Of a stretch of 64,000 bases of DNA, positions 1 through 13,171 are shown one piece after another (positions within the stretch are counted from its first letter, which is position 1; each line of letters starts with the position of its first letter). Source of the DNA: Octopus sinensis (lineage: Eukaryota); NCBI RefSeq assembly GCF_006345805.1, contig NW_021835467.1:1-64000 (forward strand), written 5' to 3'. The translations under genes were made by a program, and so were the position numbers. A model generated the notes under the pieces. It had not been told where the DNA came from. It saw only the letters and a program-made list of their open reading frames with translations, and did not search any database.

Positions 1-300
1 GTGCTCTTCTCAAATGATAGGGTTAACTCTTTATCTGCTGTCCACTTCTTTAGCATGGCAATGCATGACTTAAGTCGTCTTCAAAACTGGGAAATCTTTT
101 TGAGATATCCGTAACCAAGATGTCATCAGCATATATGATAAGTTTGCTAGTACATACGAACGACAGGGGAATGTCCGCCAGAACGAGGTTAAAAATAAGT
201 GTACTCAAACCGATCCCTTCTAGGTTCTACACATCCTGATAGACAGTTTCCACAGCGAACAAAGGATTTCCTTCAAGACAAATAGCTCTCCAGCCATCGA
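1..300 (-). mobile_element. Degenerate LINE reverse-transcriptase fragment
   Basis: Minus strand reads GIGLSTLIFNLVLADIP...IIYADDILVT (RT domains 4-5) with frameshifts and stops; runs off the window edge. Confidence 0.7.
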
Positions 301-457
301 TAAATCTTTATGCCTGCTTCGCTATAATATAATTTTTTTATAAATAAAAAATCAAATATTTCAAGCAATAACGTCATAATTCGCAATAATCAATCTTGTT
401 AATTATACGATAAATCGACAACTTAAGTAGAATTATTTCCGCATGTATTTTTTTAAC

Positions 458-2459
458 ATGAAAATAACCGAATTAAAAATGATAATTGGAGGTCTTATTA
501 TTTTAGCATTGTCCATTTCCATTGCTCTTGGCATAGATACTATACTCATCCATAGAAAAGTGAAATGCCTAAATATACTTATAACGTAGACTGAGAATAT
601 CCATGGTGCTGTGAGCAGCAGCAGTCCACTGTGTTCTTCTCATGGACGTAGTATTTTGAAGGATGGAGGTTCTGCAGTGGATGCCGCTATCTCTGTTGCC
701 CTTTGCATCGGAGTAGTAAACGCCCACAGTTCTGGAATTGGAGGGTTGATTTCTGGTGATCGTTCATTAGTAGGGGAGCCTTTATTGTTGTCCGAGATTC
801 GGCAGGAAACGTTAAGGCGTTTGATGCACGGGAAACAGCCCCAGCTGCTTCTAAAAAGGATATGTTCGATAATAATACTTCTCGGGAGGGAGGACTATCA
901 GTTGGAGTTCCAGGATTTCTTAAGGGGATCTTCAGAGTCCATCAAATCTATGGAAGGTATTTTTCTCGAATCAATAAAAATAGAAATTCCTGGAAAACAC
1001 TGTTTAAAAACGTGATTGAACTTTGTGATGAAGGAGTAGAGATCTCCCAACCAATGGGTTTTAATTGTGTTCTAATCAATTAGCGAAGGCATTTAACACA
1101 AAAATCTCCATTCAGGAAATCCGATACACTCCTCAACTTGGCAACATCTATTCCTCAAATATTAGCAATACTTGTTGTGTTAGAAAAGAAGGAGAAAAAG
1201 TCAAACTGACGGAATTGGCAACTACTCTGAGCATCATTGCATCAGAAGGGATTAAACCATTTTATGAAGGAGAGATCGCTGATAACATCATTTCTGCGGT
1301 ATACCAGTCATTCTGATTGCCAAAGGTAGTTCAAAATGGAGGGATTATGACAAAACAAGATCTCGAAAACTATAAAATCATTGAAGAAAGCCCAATTTTT
1401 GTTAAAATTCGAGGTTTATGGTAATTTTTAAATTCTAAGAAAGCACAATTTACTCGGTGCCGCCTCCTAGCATTTCAAGTTTTATTTTTGCGGTTTTGAA
1501 AATTTTGGAAAAATTTGAACTCAAAGATGAGGACTTTGAGAATCCTGAAACATATAGGAAAATTTTGGAGGTTTCCTGTACTTGACATTATATAGACTTT
1601 TCGATACGCCTATTTAGGGGTTGAGAACTTCGGCGACGTTGAGGATCGAGGGACTGAGATGTTAAATCAAATTTTAAGGTTTTATCTTGTAAATGAGGCT
1701 AGCGAGGAGTTTGCCGAAGAAGTTTATAAAAAAGTTCTTAAGGGCACAGTCGAAAACGGACCAGTCTCTACCAATCCTTCATTCAGGGAAGACAGCGTCG
1801 GGACTTCACATATTTCTGTAATCGACGATACCGGCCAAACTGTCTCGATTACATCGTTATCATTATTATTAAAATTGGTATTTCAGGTCCATTAATCGGT
1901 ATTTCGGGTCACATGTAATGACTCGAGATGGAATAATCCTCAATAATCACATGGATGATTTTTCCAGTGGTTCAGATAACCTTAATTTTACAGTTTGTAA
2001 TTTTTCGTTGTAATCAGAACAATTTACCATTGCCTGGTCATCGCCCAATTTCTGGAATGGCCCCCCTAATAATCGCGGACGAATCAAATGGGAAAATATT
2101 TAGTTTAGGTGGAACCAATGGGACCCGAATTGTTACTGGTTAATTTTTTCGCAAAACAGAAAGGGCTTGCGAACGTCCTCATAAATATTTTTATTCGCGG
2201 ATATAATTTAGAGAAAGCTATTGAAGCTCCGAGATTACATGTTTTGAGTAGCCCGAGGGTATTTTACGAAGGTAGGACGTTTTATGAATACTTTTTAGAT
2301 GGATTTAAACCTCATGTATTGGAGGCACTTGGAGGAATGGGGTACGAGATGATACATTCGACTGAGGGTATCAATATTGTCAACGGAGTCTCCGTTGTCG
2401 GGAATAAATTTGAAGCTCATGGAGACACTAGGAAATTCGGAAAAGGAATCGTTTTTTAA
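458..2459 (+). CDS. GGT: Gamma-glutamyltranspeptidase (type II membrane, multi-exon)
   Basis: Spliced product: N-terminal hydrophobic anchor MKITELKMIIGGLIILALSISIALG, then GGSAVDAAI, SSGIGGGAF, DARETAP, SVGVPG, nucleophile motif GTSHISVIDD, GIILNNHMDDFS, EAPRLH. Introns of about 26-31 nt GT..AG restore the frame (e.g. 957-983). Confidence 0.93.
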
Positions 2460-3562
2460 GTAATGAAATATTTTATTAGCCCTTATTTCGAGATTTTCTA
2501 ACTAATAAAATATATCAAAATCTCATTTTTCTAATAACATATTGTAAATTGACTGTTGTTTTAAATATTTGTCATTTTTTGAATACCTTGATGAATATTT
2601 GAAAAAAAAATTTATTAAATAAACCGCAGGCAAATCAAAATATGACTTAAACCCTGACCTTAAAAATAAACAAAAATGCATTCATTATCTACGTAATCAT
2701 TTTTTTAATTTTTAAATTCCTGAACAACTACTCTTAAATCATTCTAATGCTCTGTTATCTAATGTTCAGTTACTGTTATTTTAATATTACCGCGGTTATA
2801 AGTTAAAATGCATCAAGTTAAAACAATAGTAATTCCCTTTAAAAATAATCCGCTTGAAGTTCCTAATTCAATAAATCATACAGAAATGCAACAAAGTATA
2901 CGAAAAATATGGAAAACCGATAAGGAATAAAGTAAACTCAAAGCGAAATAGAATATTGGACAAGGGATTAAAAATATGCACGACCAGTTGTGCCAGCTGT
3001 TTATTAAGAATTACAAACTCACTATTTACTAAAAATTAACGTGAGAGGCAACGCAACGTCAATTATGTTGGGGGGGTCCACTTCGGATAGATGGCTTTGT
3101 TAACTTCTAGTAAATTACAGTAACTTTTGATTAAAATATATCATTTCACACTTAAAATTAACTAAACTAAATATTACTGCTCCAGTTGGCTAAGTTGAAC
3201 AGCGCTCGCAAAGTATTACTAATAAAGAAAAATAGGCGTTTGAAATAGCTACTTTTTATGAATATTTGTTATTGATTATTCAGTAATTGATTAATCAATT
3301 AATCATTTTTCCGGAATGATTACAGTTGCATGATTGTATTTTTTATCGGGTTTGATCATCAAAAAAATATATAAACTTACGATAATAAGAATCAAAATAT
3401 TGAATTACAAAAAAATCGAACGTTAATTTATCATATAAAAAAATATTATTGTAAAAAAAGAAAAATATCCTTTAATTTTAATACAAAATTGATTTATATT
3501 TTGTATTTAATTTATTATTTTAAATCGTAAAAGATTATAAATATAATCAGATCTAATTTCAT

Positions 3563-4244
3563 ATGCTTCTTGTTGCATTCTTGTTAATAAAATTATAATA
3601 GATCTTCCTAATATTCAATTCCTTTGCCATTTCTAAAAATGTTGATGTCGAAATCACTAAAGAAAATCAAGATGGACAGGTCATCGAAATATCTGCCTCA
3701 GGGAACTTGCAATCTGTCATAGAAAGACTAAGAAATTTCAAGAAATCTATTCTGGACATTGTAAGAACATACAAATAAACTTAGTTTTATCCTAATTCTG
3801 GTCTCTCTGATGCAGTCGACGTTACTACAGATATTCTTAGCTCTTACACACCAGGTAAATAATTTCGTATCAGTTCTTAGAGAATGAAGCGAGCATTCCA
3901 AAAAAAGACCTGCCGATCGACAGTCAATCTGTGGAAGATCCAAGTGGGATCAAAAATGGCTCAGATGAGTATCCTATTTACAAGTCGAAGTTAGAGAATT
4001 TCCTGGCATGGGTTAATATAGATTATGTAATTTATAAGGTCCACTTCAACCGTAATCCAATCGTGATTGGATTGTCTGCTTTCTGTCTCCTTTTGGTGCT
4101 AATGGTGGTCGTGAGTGGATACATAAAAATGAGAAGGTCACGAAAAGTTGGATTTTAAGTCTTACATGTTTTTAGCACTATGATCGACTGAACGATGACA
4201 TTGATTCCATCGATAAACAGAAACTGGTTAATTATGTCGATTAA
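3563..4244 (+). CDS. Orphan type I membrane protein with YxxPhi and dileucine-like cytoplasmic sorting motifs
   Basis: Splicing short GT-AG introns gives MLLIFLIFNSFAISK (signal peptide), a luminal region, TM segment IVIGLSAFCLLLVLMVVVSGYI, and tail KMRRSRKHYDRLNDDIDSIDKQKLVNYVD*. Confidence 0.7.
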
Positions 4245-4567
4245 TTTGTCATAGGATGCATAATTACTTACACTAACAATTTCCTCGGTTATACTAATCA
4301 GTGATTTTTATTAATTTGATTTTGGGTTTTATAAGCTGAAAGGAGATTAAAGAGACAAAGTGATCTGTATATAATAAAAACGAGTCATCTAGGCCTATTT
4401 TGTAAACTAATTTTGGTGCAAAGAATATACTTTAAATAAATCGATAATTTAGTTCGTTGTTAAATAAAATAGATCAAGGTGCATTTTTCTAATCAAAAAT
4501 GATTTAAACAATCAAATTTTTTTGATCAAGAATGAAATTTTTATAAATATTCTAACATGAAATAATT

Positions 4568-4782
4568 TTTTTTTTTTTTTTGATGAAAACCAACCAATAA
4601 CTACAAGTTAATTAATTAAAAGCTTCAAGTGCGGGAAGCCGACGCGATCGAGAAAGAATTAGAGCGTACTATCGCAAGGGATATCCGCTCGAAAAACCAT
4701 CTCGATTCGCGGGCGTCGCCTGTGATGGCAGACATGCGGGATCCGATCTCCTGAACGAAGCTGATTGCCTTACTGCCCAAGG
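4568..4782 (-). mobile_element. 5'-truncated CRE-like (RLE-type) non-LTR retrocopy with poly(A) tail and 14-bp TSD
   Basis: Minus strand encodes GSLGSKAISFVQEIGSRMSAITGDARESRWFFERISLAIVRSNSFSIASASRT*, then a 3' UTR and poly(A). TSD aacatgaaataatt at 4554-4567 and 4783-4796. Confidence 0.88.
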
Positions 4783-5296
4783 AACATGAAATAATTATAC
4801 TTGAAATTCGAATAAAAAATTTGGTCGTTTCATATTTTCCTCAAAATAATTGCTTTATATTTAATATTGTTGAAAGGCTTTCATTACATCGTAATTATTA
4901 TATATTTTTCTTTTAAGAGCAGGATTATTTTTGAATAACAAATTCTAATTATTGAACGCGTCATACTATGACGCACCATCACGATTTTTCGATTTTATTT
5001 CTTAATTTTGATACAAAAATGGAGATGACCTTTTTCATGGTTTAGAGTTCGAACTAAAAAGAAAACAAATTAGAGACCCAAAGAATAAAAACCAAATATT
5101 CAAGTATATCAATCCTCTCAAAATGTTAGCCGCTTTTACCTCTTTTAGTTATATTAATGGCATATTTTATATTCATAAGAATTGATTATTCAAAATTTAG
5201 TCCAAAGAATAAAAAACCATCTATCAAATACATTTAGATCCTGCTTTAAAGGATAACGGTAACAATGGTACATTTAAGAAAACGCACAAAAGCAAA

Positions 5297-8200
5297 TTAA
5301 AAATATATATCGTCGTTAGCGTTCCTACCAAATCCAATACACACAAATAAAACCCAATATCCGTTATCCGCTCCTCTTGGGGCAGATGTGAAGACGACCT
5401 TATGAAAACATCATCGAATCCTTCGTCACTAGCTTCCGTTTCTGGGACAATAGACATCCAATCATCTTCCAAATTTGTATCTCCGCCTATAATCCTCCTC
5501 CTACACTCCATAATATCCTCGACCACCCCGCTCAACCTCTCGCCTGTCAACCTAAAAACATGACACTCCCATATAACGGAATTCAGGCATACCTCAGCAC
5601 TAGAGTAGTGACGAAATCCACAGATACGGAGTAAATTGTACATCCCCTCTTCTATCTCACCACCCCTCAACCGTACATCTTGCATTACTGATCCAGACAT
5701 TGCTTCCAAAATTTGATCTATCACTTCTGCTCGGCCTATCAGGAAATTGAATATAAAAACCACCACCGTGAGAATATATTTCTAAAATCCACTCAAATAT
5801 ACTATTTTCCCGCCAGGAAGACTTTAATTCAGCAGAGGACTGAATCAAATCCAACTTTATAAGTCGACTCACAATTTGACGGCGGGTTCTATCTTTACGT
5901 ATCAAACGAGACATGATATCTTCCACCGGGGTTTCTAGGACTCAATAAACAAACCAAACTTGATACTCCTCTCAGCTCAGTAAACAAATGACAAAGTTCG
6001 TAGTCTTCCTCCTCATTCCATTTTTTTCCTTTTCGTGTCCCAGCAAGTTCATAAGTGTTGTTTCCATGAGTCAAATTATACGAATTCCGATGATTCTTCC
6101 AAAACAGCAACTCCACGGCAGCCAAAGCTCCCATTTCAGAAAAACGTTCAATAAAGATTTTAAAGAGCCCACCCAAAAAATCAATAATATCCTGTATAAT
6201 AAGGTATAGTCAAACGGTAAATTGTTCCCCTTGTTTTTTTCTGAAACATTCAAAAACTTTTTGAAAAATTCTAAATACTCTCAATTGAAATAGTAATCCC
6301 GGGATATCATATTGTGTTACCACTTGCCTTAACAAATTAACAACAGCCAGGTTAGTATCTTGACTGTTATTCATAAATGTCTCCAACACAGTAACGCATA
6401 CGACGAGTACACTTTGACATGACAGTCTAAATTAGATAACCAAATACTTGTTAATTAAGTCACGAGCAGTCATTTCTTTTTCAATATACTCTACTTGAGA
6501 AGACGACGATTGGTCGCTTTCGTTGTGGGAATCAATTTGTTCTTTTACGTGAGAACATGATGACTGGAGAGACTCGATAATAGAGTCTCCTTTGAAAACA
6601 TTCTCCATCGGCCAGATCTCTCTAAGACATTTTAAATATCAATTACTGGCAATGATGGAGAAACTTGACTCCCTTTTCTACATTTCCATCCAAAAGGAAT
6701 TGTTTTATAGTATTACATGCTTTCGAACTGTTAAGATTAGTATATATTAAGAAATGACTAAATAATGTAACAACCCTATGAACTTATTACACTTAAACAT
6801 GTCGATAATAATAAAATAAAATAGGTGTGATAGATCAAAACTGAGAAATAAATACATTTGATCTTCTTCAGAAAGGTCAGATGTAGGATCGAATGCAGAA
6901 GTTCCATCATATGGAACTTTCTCAATCATTGAAACAACTGATTCCAGATTTTTCCAGTCAATTAAATTAGTTCTCTTTGGTTTATTCTTGCGTTTTATTC
7001 TCCGTTTGGTTTTTTGAGCGAAAAAATGAACTTTGGGCTGTAAGTAAACCGCGAATAAAGAAAGATAAAGGTGGACAGTCTCAACCAGGTCACATATAAA
7101 CGAGCGTGACATTCTAGACCGACTGTAGCCCTTAAACACAGATATCAACACATCGAATGTTTCAGAATTATAAAATAAATTCTCTAACATGCAAATAGCA
7201 TATAACCTTGAAGGATGTTCATACTTTCCACCAGTGATGTATCATTAGAAAAGTGCTGAATAATCATAAACAACTCCTTGTATAAACGAATGGCCAAATT
7301 AAGTCTAAGCGATCACCCACTGATGGCCTAACCGATTAGATGACAGGCTAACAGTGAGTTTATCACGAAGACCCGTATTCCTAAAATTTTACTCATCCAG
7401 CTAACCTGGTTGTTTGGAGAGTTGTGGTTTGACCCATCTCATTCATATATTTTTCAATACTACCTCTGGTGATCCTGAATGAGTGAACTGTCAGTAAATC
7501 ACTAAAAAGTGAGTGCTGACAGGTCATACCTAACATATCCAACTTCCAAATTCGTTAGACGAGCAAAAGAAATGAAAAACGAAATAAACCAGATCCAATA
7601 TGTCTCCCTTTCATGACTCATCACTTCCCATTGAGACTATATTGATATGGAATCGCCTTACTTTCACCATCCTCACAATTGGCGAAAAAGAATAAGTAAG
7701 GAAAGTGACGCAAAATTCTCTGAGTTGATTGTTGCCCAAAATGGATGGATTTGTGATGGAACAAACTTGTTTGGTTTTATTGAATGACAGTTGTTGCGTC
7801 CCGCGTGATATAATATTCGAGGGACCGCCTGAAGGAGGTACAGGAACGACAAATACTCCCCCAAAGCGTGGATGTCTATTAAATTATAATATACCTGGAA
7901 CACCTCTTCGACGACCATTTTCCGGAAAGTGATTGTCTTTCCTTTTCTCTATCCGCCAATAAAGACGTCCTGTGATTATACAATTGGTTTCTCTGCGAAG
8001 GTAGTTCGGATGATAGCGAACAAGGTGTCTTCAAATAGACAAATTAGATAACATGTTGTTTGAGAAGTAGGGAAACTATTTCAATGATGTAGTGGGGAAA
8101 TGATTCAAATTTTCTATCTTTTTTCCAATCAAACTGCCCCAGACATACAACTAGTTGTAGGAGCCCGCTTTCAGACATAACACTTGAATAAGCCAATAAA

Positions 8201-8877
8201 CAATTACCAAATCAGCTTAGAATGGTCCTCTTCAAACGAGTTCTGTCAATAAATAAATGATTAATACATTTCGTTGACCAATCGAGTCATTTCCTATTAA
8301 AAGAGCATTTCTGATAAGAAAGAGCCAGCGTTCTATATTCTTTCTGTCATTTTGAGTACGATCAAGCCAATTCTTGTCAATCAAAGCCCCTAAAAACTGA
8401 CCCGCAACACACCAAAGTTCAGTGTCAGTCAAGCTCTATGCGAGTAAAGCATTAATTATAATAAACTCGTTTATAGCCTTGAAGATACCACATCACCTCC
8501 AAATAATGTTGTCTCTCAATTCGATCCCTTGGTACTAGACCGTCGAAGCAATCGTGTGCAGGCTGGGTCAGATTTAGAATAAGCCTTTATAGTTAGTTAT
8601 GATTATTGCCTTAGAACGGTCTCGGTTAACACAGAATCATCAGTATATGTCTTCAAAATTGGAATTAAGTCGTTTGAAAGAACATTAGCCTTCCCTAGAA
8701 ATTGACGAACATTGCAATCTCGCCCATCTTGATGCACAGCTTTTATTAGTTCTCGAACATTCTCTAATATTTTTTATTTTGATTTGTACCAAGGCAATAC
8801 GGTTCTTTTATATATTTATTATTTTTAATGCATCCCAAAGAACTAATTATCGCTTCTATCTGAGACTCGTTTTCCAT
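5297..8877 (-). CDS. TIMELESS: Timeless (mammalian TIM/timeout-type replication-fork protein), multi-exon; 3' end approximate
   Basis: Spliced N-terminus MENESQIEAIISSLGCIKNNKYIKEPYCLENVRELIKAVHQDGRDCNVRQFLGKANVLSNDLIPIL matches the Timeless N-terminus; also NWLDRTQNDRKNIERWLFLIRN and YDGTSAFDPTSDLSEEDQ. Confidence 0.9.
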
Positions 8878-9055
8878 TATATATTCGTCACACAAAACAG
8901 TTCTACAGTATGCGCTAGTTTATTTAAATATTTATAAACTTATTAGGAATTTACTCCCTATAAAGTTTAGCTGGAATGAACAAAAAATTCCAAATTCAAA
9001 AGACAAAATATTTGTATTGTGTTAAAGTGGTTTGATTGGTCAAAAACCTCTATAC

Positions 9056-10679
9056 CAGGGGTGTCAAACATGCGGCCCTCAGCGTACTTTGCCAAACATA
9101 AGTGCGGTCTGATTTAATGGCTATAAAATGCAAAAAATTATTCTTTATTTTTTTACATTTAATTAAAATTTTTAATTGTATTTTTAAATCGTGTCTGTTA
9201 ATGTCACGTGCTTCTTCTTGAATAAAAAAGAAACGCTCCTTGAAAGATGAACGGAGAGTGTTTCAAGATAAATGGGAACTTTTCTATTTTTGCACAATGG
9301 TTGATGGAAAAATACATTGTTTGATATGTAACAAGTTTATTGCTATATCGAAAGAATACAACCTAAAGAGGCATTATCAATCTAATCATCTATCATACAA
9401 TTATTTCATGCTCTTGAAAAAATTTATCTTGTTTAAAGATATTTCATTAACAAGAAACACTGCTGCCGAACACATTAATGAAATGGCATGAAATTTGAAA
9501 CACCAATTAAAGTCTGATTTGTTAAAATTCGAATATTTCATTTAGCATGCTCATTTTAATTTTATTATTCATCAGAAATATTTATGCTCAAAGATATTAA
9601 AAGTGGAAAATACCATTAGTTTGGTCACGAAAACAGTAGACTATATCAGAGGTCATTCCCTCAACCACCGGCAGTTTAGTAAACTGCTGACAGATATTAA
9701 TAATCAGTTCAGCGACATTTCTTTTTATACTCCAGTCCGCTGGTTATCACTTCACAAAGTTGTTAAAAGATTTAAATAATTTTATTTATGGAGATAAAAG
9801 GGCAAAACACAGACGAAATGAAAAGTCAATCTTGGATTAAACATTTGGCATTTGCAGTGGATATTACCACACATATGAACGATCTTAATTTAGAATTGCT
9901 GGGCAAAGACAAGCTCATAACTTAGTTGTCAGATCATATCAAGTTTTTTATTTTGAAAATAAAATTATGGAAGTTTCAGCCATTAAATGAAGATTTATCT
10001 TATTTTCCTACGTGCAAAGAGCTCAGGAGTACTGTTGATGCACATAATGTAATGAATTTTTCTCAGTATGAAAGACAACTAGAATCGTTGTTAAAGGAAT
10101 TTCAAGAAAGATTTAATGATTTTTCGTCTTTTGAACAGCAATTTTCATTATTTGCATCACCATTCTCTTTTAATGTTTCCAATGCAGATGAAAGTTTACA
10201 AATGGAACTATTGGAAATCCAATCAGATTCCATACTTAAAGCTAAATATTTGGAGGTTGGAATACTTGCTTTCTTTTCATATCTTCCTGGAAAATTTAAA
10301 AACTTTAAAAAGTTTGCAACAAAAATCATTGCTATGTTTGGTTTGACATATGTGTGTGAACAGCTTTTTTCATTTATGAAAATGACAAAAACTGGTCAAA
10401 GAACAAGACTAACTGATGAACATTTATCCTCTTTAATAAAAGTCGGAACTACACAAATAGCTCAGCCTGACATATCAAAAATTGTATCTAAAAAAAATGT
10501 CAATCCTCTGGAAGCAGCTCTCACCAAAATTAAAGGGCGATAATTCAATAATTTAGTTTCTCTTAATAATAAATATCAGAATTAATCTCCCCTTAATGAG
10601 AAATTATTATAAATGCGGCCCTCGAAGCCAAATTGTAACAAAATGCGGCCCTCAAAGCGAAATGAGTTTGACACCCCTG
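9056..10679 (+). mobile_element. hAT DNA transposon (Buster/Charlie/SPIN-like), internally deleted
   Basis: TIRs caggggtgtcaaac / gtttgacacccctg; 8-bp TSD ctctatac (9048-9055, 10680-10687, nnnTAnnn as in Buster elements); subterminal GCGGCCC repeats; BED-finger and C-terminal dimerisation fragments (CLICNK, YVCEQLFSFMK). Confidence 0.93.
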
Positions 10680-10903
10680 CTCTATACCATTTGAGTTTAT
10701 AAAAAAACCCAAAACAAAAAAATCACATAAAGACTCATTGGTACTTTTGCATTTCATCCTGCACGAAAATAGCCTCTAAATGAATTAATGAAAATTTTTA
10801 TGAATATTAGATCGAAAATTTAAAAAATTGAACTATGCCGATTTTATAAATTTTATTCTAGCTATTTCTAAGGCAACCCCTAATACTCGTATCTGAACAG
10901 TAG

Positions 10904-11105
10904 ACCCGATTAGTTCGGAAGCAAAGATCATTAAAATGAAGACTGTAACGGTGTTGACCATCTCTAGAACTTCATAAATTTACTAAATGTCAATCTCGGG
11001 TTCCATTCGATTATCTGATCTCCGAAGGTATCTCAAGCCAGAAAAGTTTGGACGACACTGTCACAGTCTTCATTTTAATGATCTTTGCTTCCGAACTAAT
11101 CGGGT
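10904..11105. repeat. 43-bp perfect inverted repeat with about 116-bp spacer
   Basis: 10904-10946 (acccgattagttcggaagcaaagatcattaaaatgaagactgt) is the exact reverse complement of 11063-11105. Confidence 0.9.
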
Positions 11106-11320
11106 TGAATTGGTATTGCATTTTGTTCCTTCTGAGCCGCACTGGCGATTGGTTGGATGGCTTCCAGATAATCACAACTAAGTTACAATTAACTTAGTAG
11201 AATTTATTAGTTTGTTGACTTTACTTAGTAGTTTGACCCTAACACTATTGATTTGTTGATTTCATATGATTAGTAGTTACAATTAACTTTCCTTTTCAAA
11301 AAGGTAAGTTCGACATATTA

Positions 11321-13171
11321 TGTGACATGGGCGGCTGGATACGTATGGGCAACCGGTTACCTGACGTGACCTTGAAGCTTAACTTAATGTCAATATTGTA
11401 ATTAATATTAAACTTCAAAGAATAATAACTTGTTAATTATTTTTTAAGTCTGGACATTGGCACAATCGAAATTTTGCTCATCGAATTTTTTATCTATTAA
11501 ATTTAAATGTTTAAACTACCTCAACGCGATTGTTCGATAAAATACTGATAATTTCTGCAGATGGATAATATGGAGATTCAAACTTATCCAGTCGCAACGA
11601 AGGATTTGTTCCAAAGTCTTTTTTAACTCGAACCTAAACATTAATTTTTATGCATACCTTATCACCAACACTAAATTCATACTTACTATTGTGAACATTC
11701 ATTTTTCTGTTCATCGCTTTGTAATAATTAGAATTAGGATCAATGGGGTTGATTTCGAACTGAAATCTTTTCGGACTTGTAAACGAATAATTACAGTCAT
11801 CTACATATAGAAATTCAAATTACATGAATTTTCAATTGGACTCGGACAATTGTTTGCATCATCGACTTGATCAGGACTCAACAAATCATTACTTGAATTA
11901 TCTAAGGAATAATTTTATAATTACAACCATAAAATATTGTATTTATTCCACTTATTCCCCGGTATCTTTCAAAAGGGCTCTCATTAGAAGATGAGTGGAC
12001 AGAAATGTTATAACTGTACACTGCATTTTCTAATTTTTCCAGCCACTTTTTATTATCATTGTCGATCATTTTTGCCATTTTTCTTGTAATTGACTGGTTG
12101 AAGCGTTCGACAATCCCTTGTGAGCGGGGATTGTTTGGCCTTCCGTGAATTCGTTTGATATTGAATTCCTCACATAGATTGGTCATTTCACGATTCTTGA
12201 ATTCAGTCCCATTATCGGACTGAAGAAATTGACACGGACCATTTAAGAAAAATAATGATCTAAGGTTTTCACAAACTTCATTTGAGGACTTAGTGTAGAG
12301 CAGCCTCGCAAATGCAAATCTATAAAAATTGTTAAAAAAACTAACCTGCTATATACGTCAATGACCGTTAAAATCCATTTAAAATTTTTATTTATAGTAG
12401 AAAAACTTTTCAGATCTATAAGATCTATCTGAAATCTTTCATTTGGGCAAGATGCAAAGACATAGTTATTTATATCTCCAATCTAGGATTTAAAAAAGTT
12501 AAAACTTTTAAGGGTCGCGCAAATTTACAAATTTCACAGTTTCGAATGACTTTTCGAATAATCTCGTTTTTAACTGTGAAATATCGTTGTCGACATTCAT
12601 ATTCAATTTTGTTAACTCCTCCATGCGAGAAGTCATGCAAACTATTAGCAACGATCTCCATTTCGGGTTCATTGTCTAGGCAAATCACTAGCTTGTGATC
12701 TGAATTCGCACATTTAAGATACAATCTATACATTTACAATTTGTATGATACCTTTCATTAATTACAGTAAAATTTTCAATTTTCTTAACTAGTCTATATT
12801 TTTTTTGCTTTGTAAGATGTTCAGGAAATTTATCCTGTAAAGCATCTTTTAAAATTTGATATTCCAAACTATTCTTTACATAACCTTTCTACGAGGACAT
12901 TGCTGCAAAATATACTTGCACGCTAGAAATAACTCAAGAAATTTAGGTTTTCCACCAAAAAAATTAATTTCTGATAATTAAATTCCTACAAATATAATTT
13001 TTTGTCAAAATGAGAGAGTCTTTAGCTAATTTAGTAAATTATTAAATGATAAGAATGAGTCGCGGTCTAATTAAAAGATTTATAATTTAATCCCATCAAT
13101 GTCATAATTGCACATTTCAAGGTCACGTCAGGTATCGCGCGGCCCATAGGTATCGCGCAAACCATGTCACA
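11321..13171 (-). mobile_element. Ginger-like DNA transposon (retroviral-type integrase), degenerate
   Basis: About 55-bp imperfect TIRs starting TGTGACATGG; HHCC finger (LHDFSHGG...CEIC) and rve core (HGRPNNPRSQGIVERFNQSI); both ends flanked by TA; ORF broken. Confidence 0.85.

Noticed and set aside
11181-11289. 15-bp direct repeat (agttacaattaactt) as a TSD around a 79-bp insert
   Set aside because: No tail or TIR inside; low-complexity AT-rich context.
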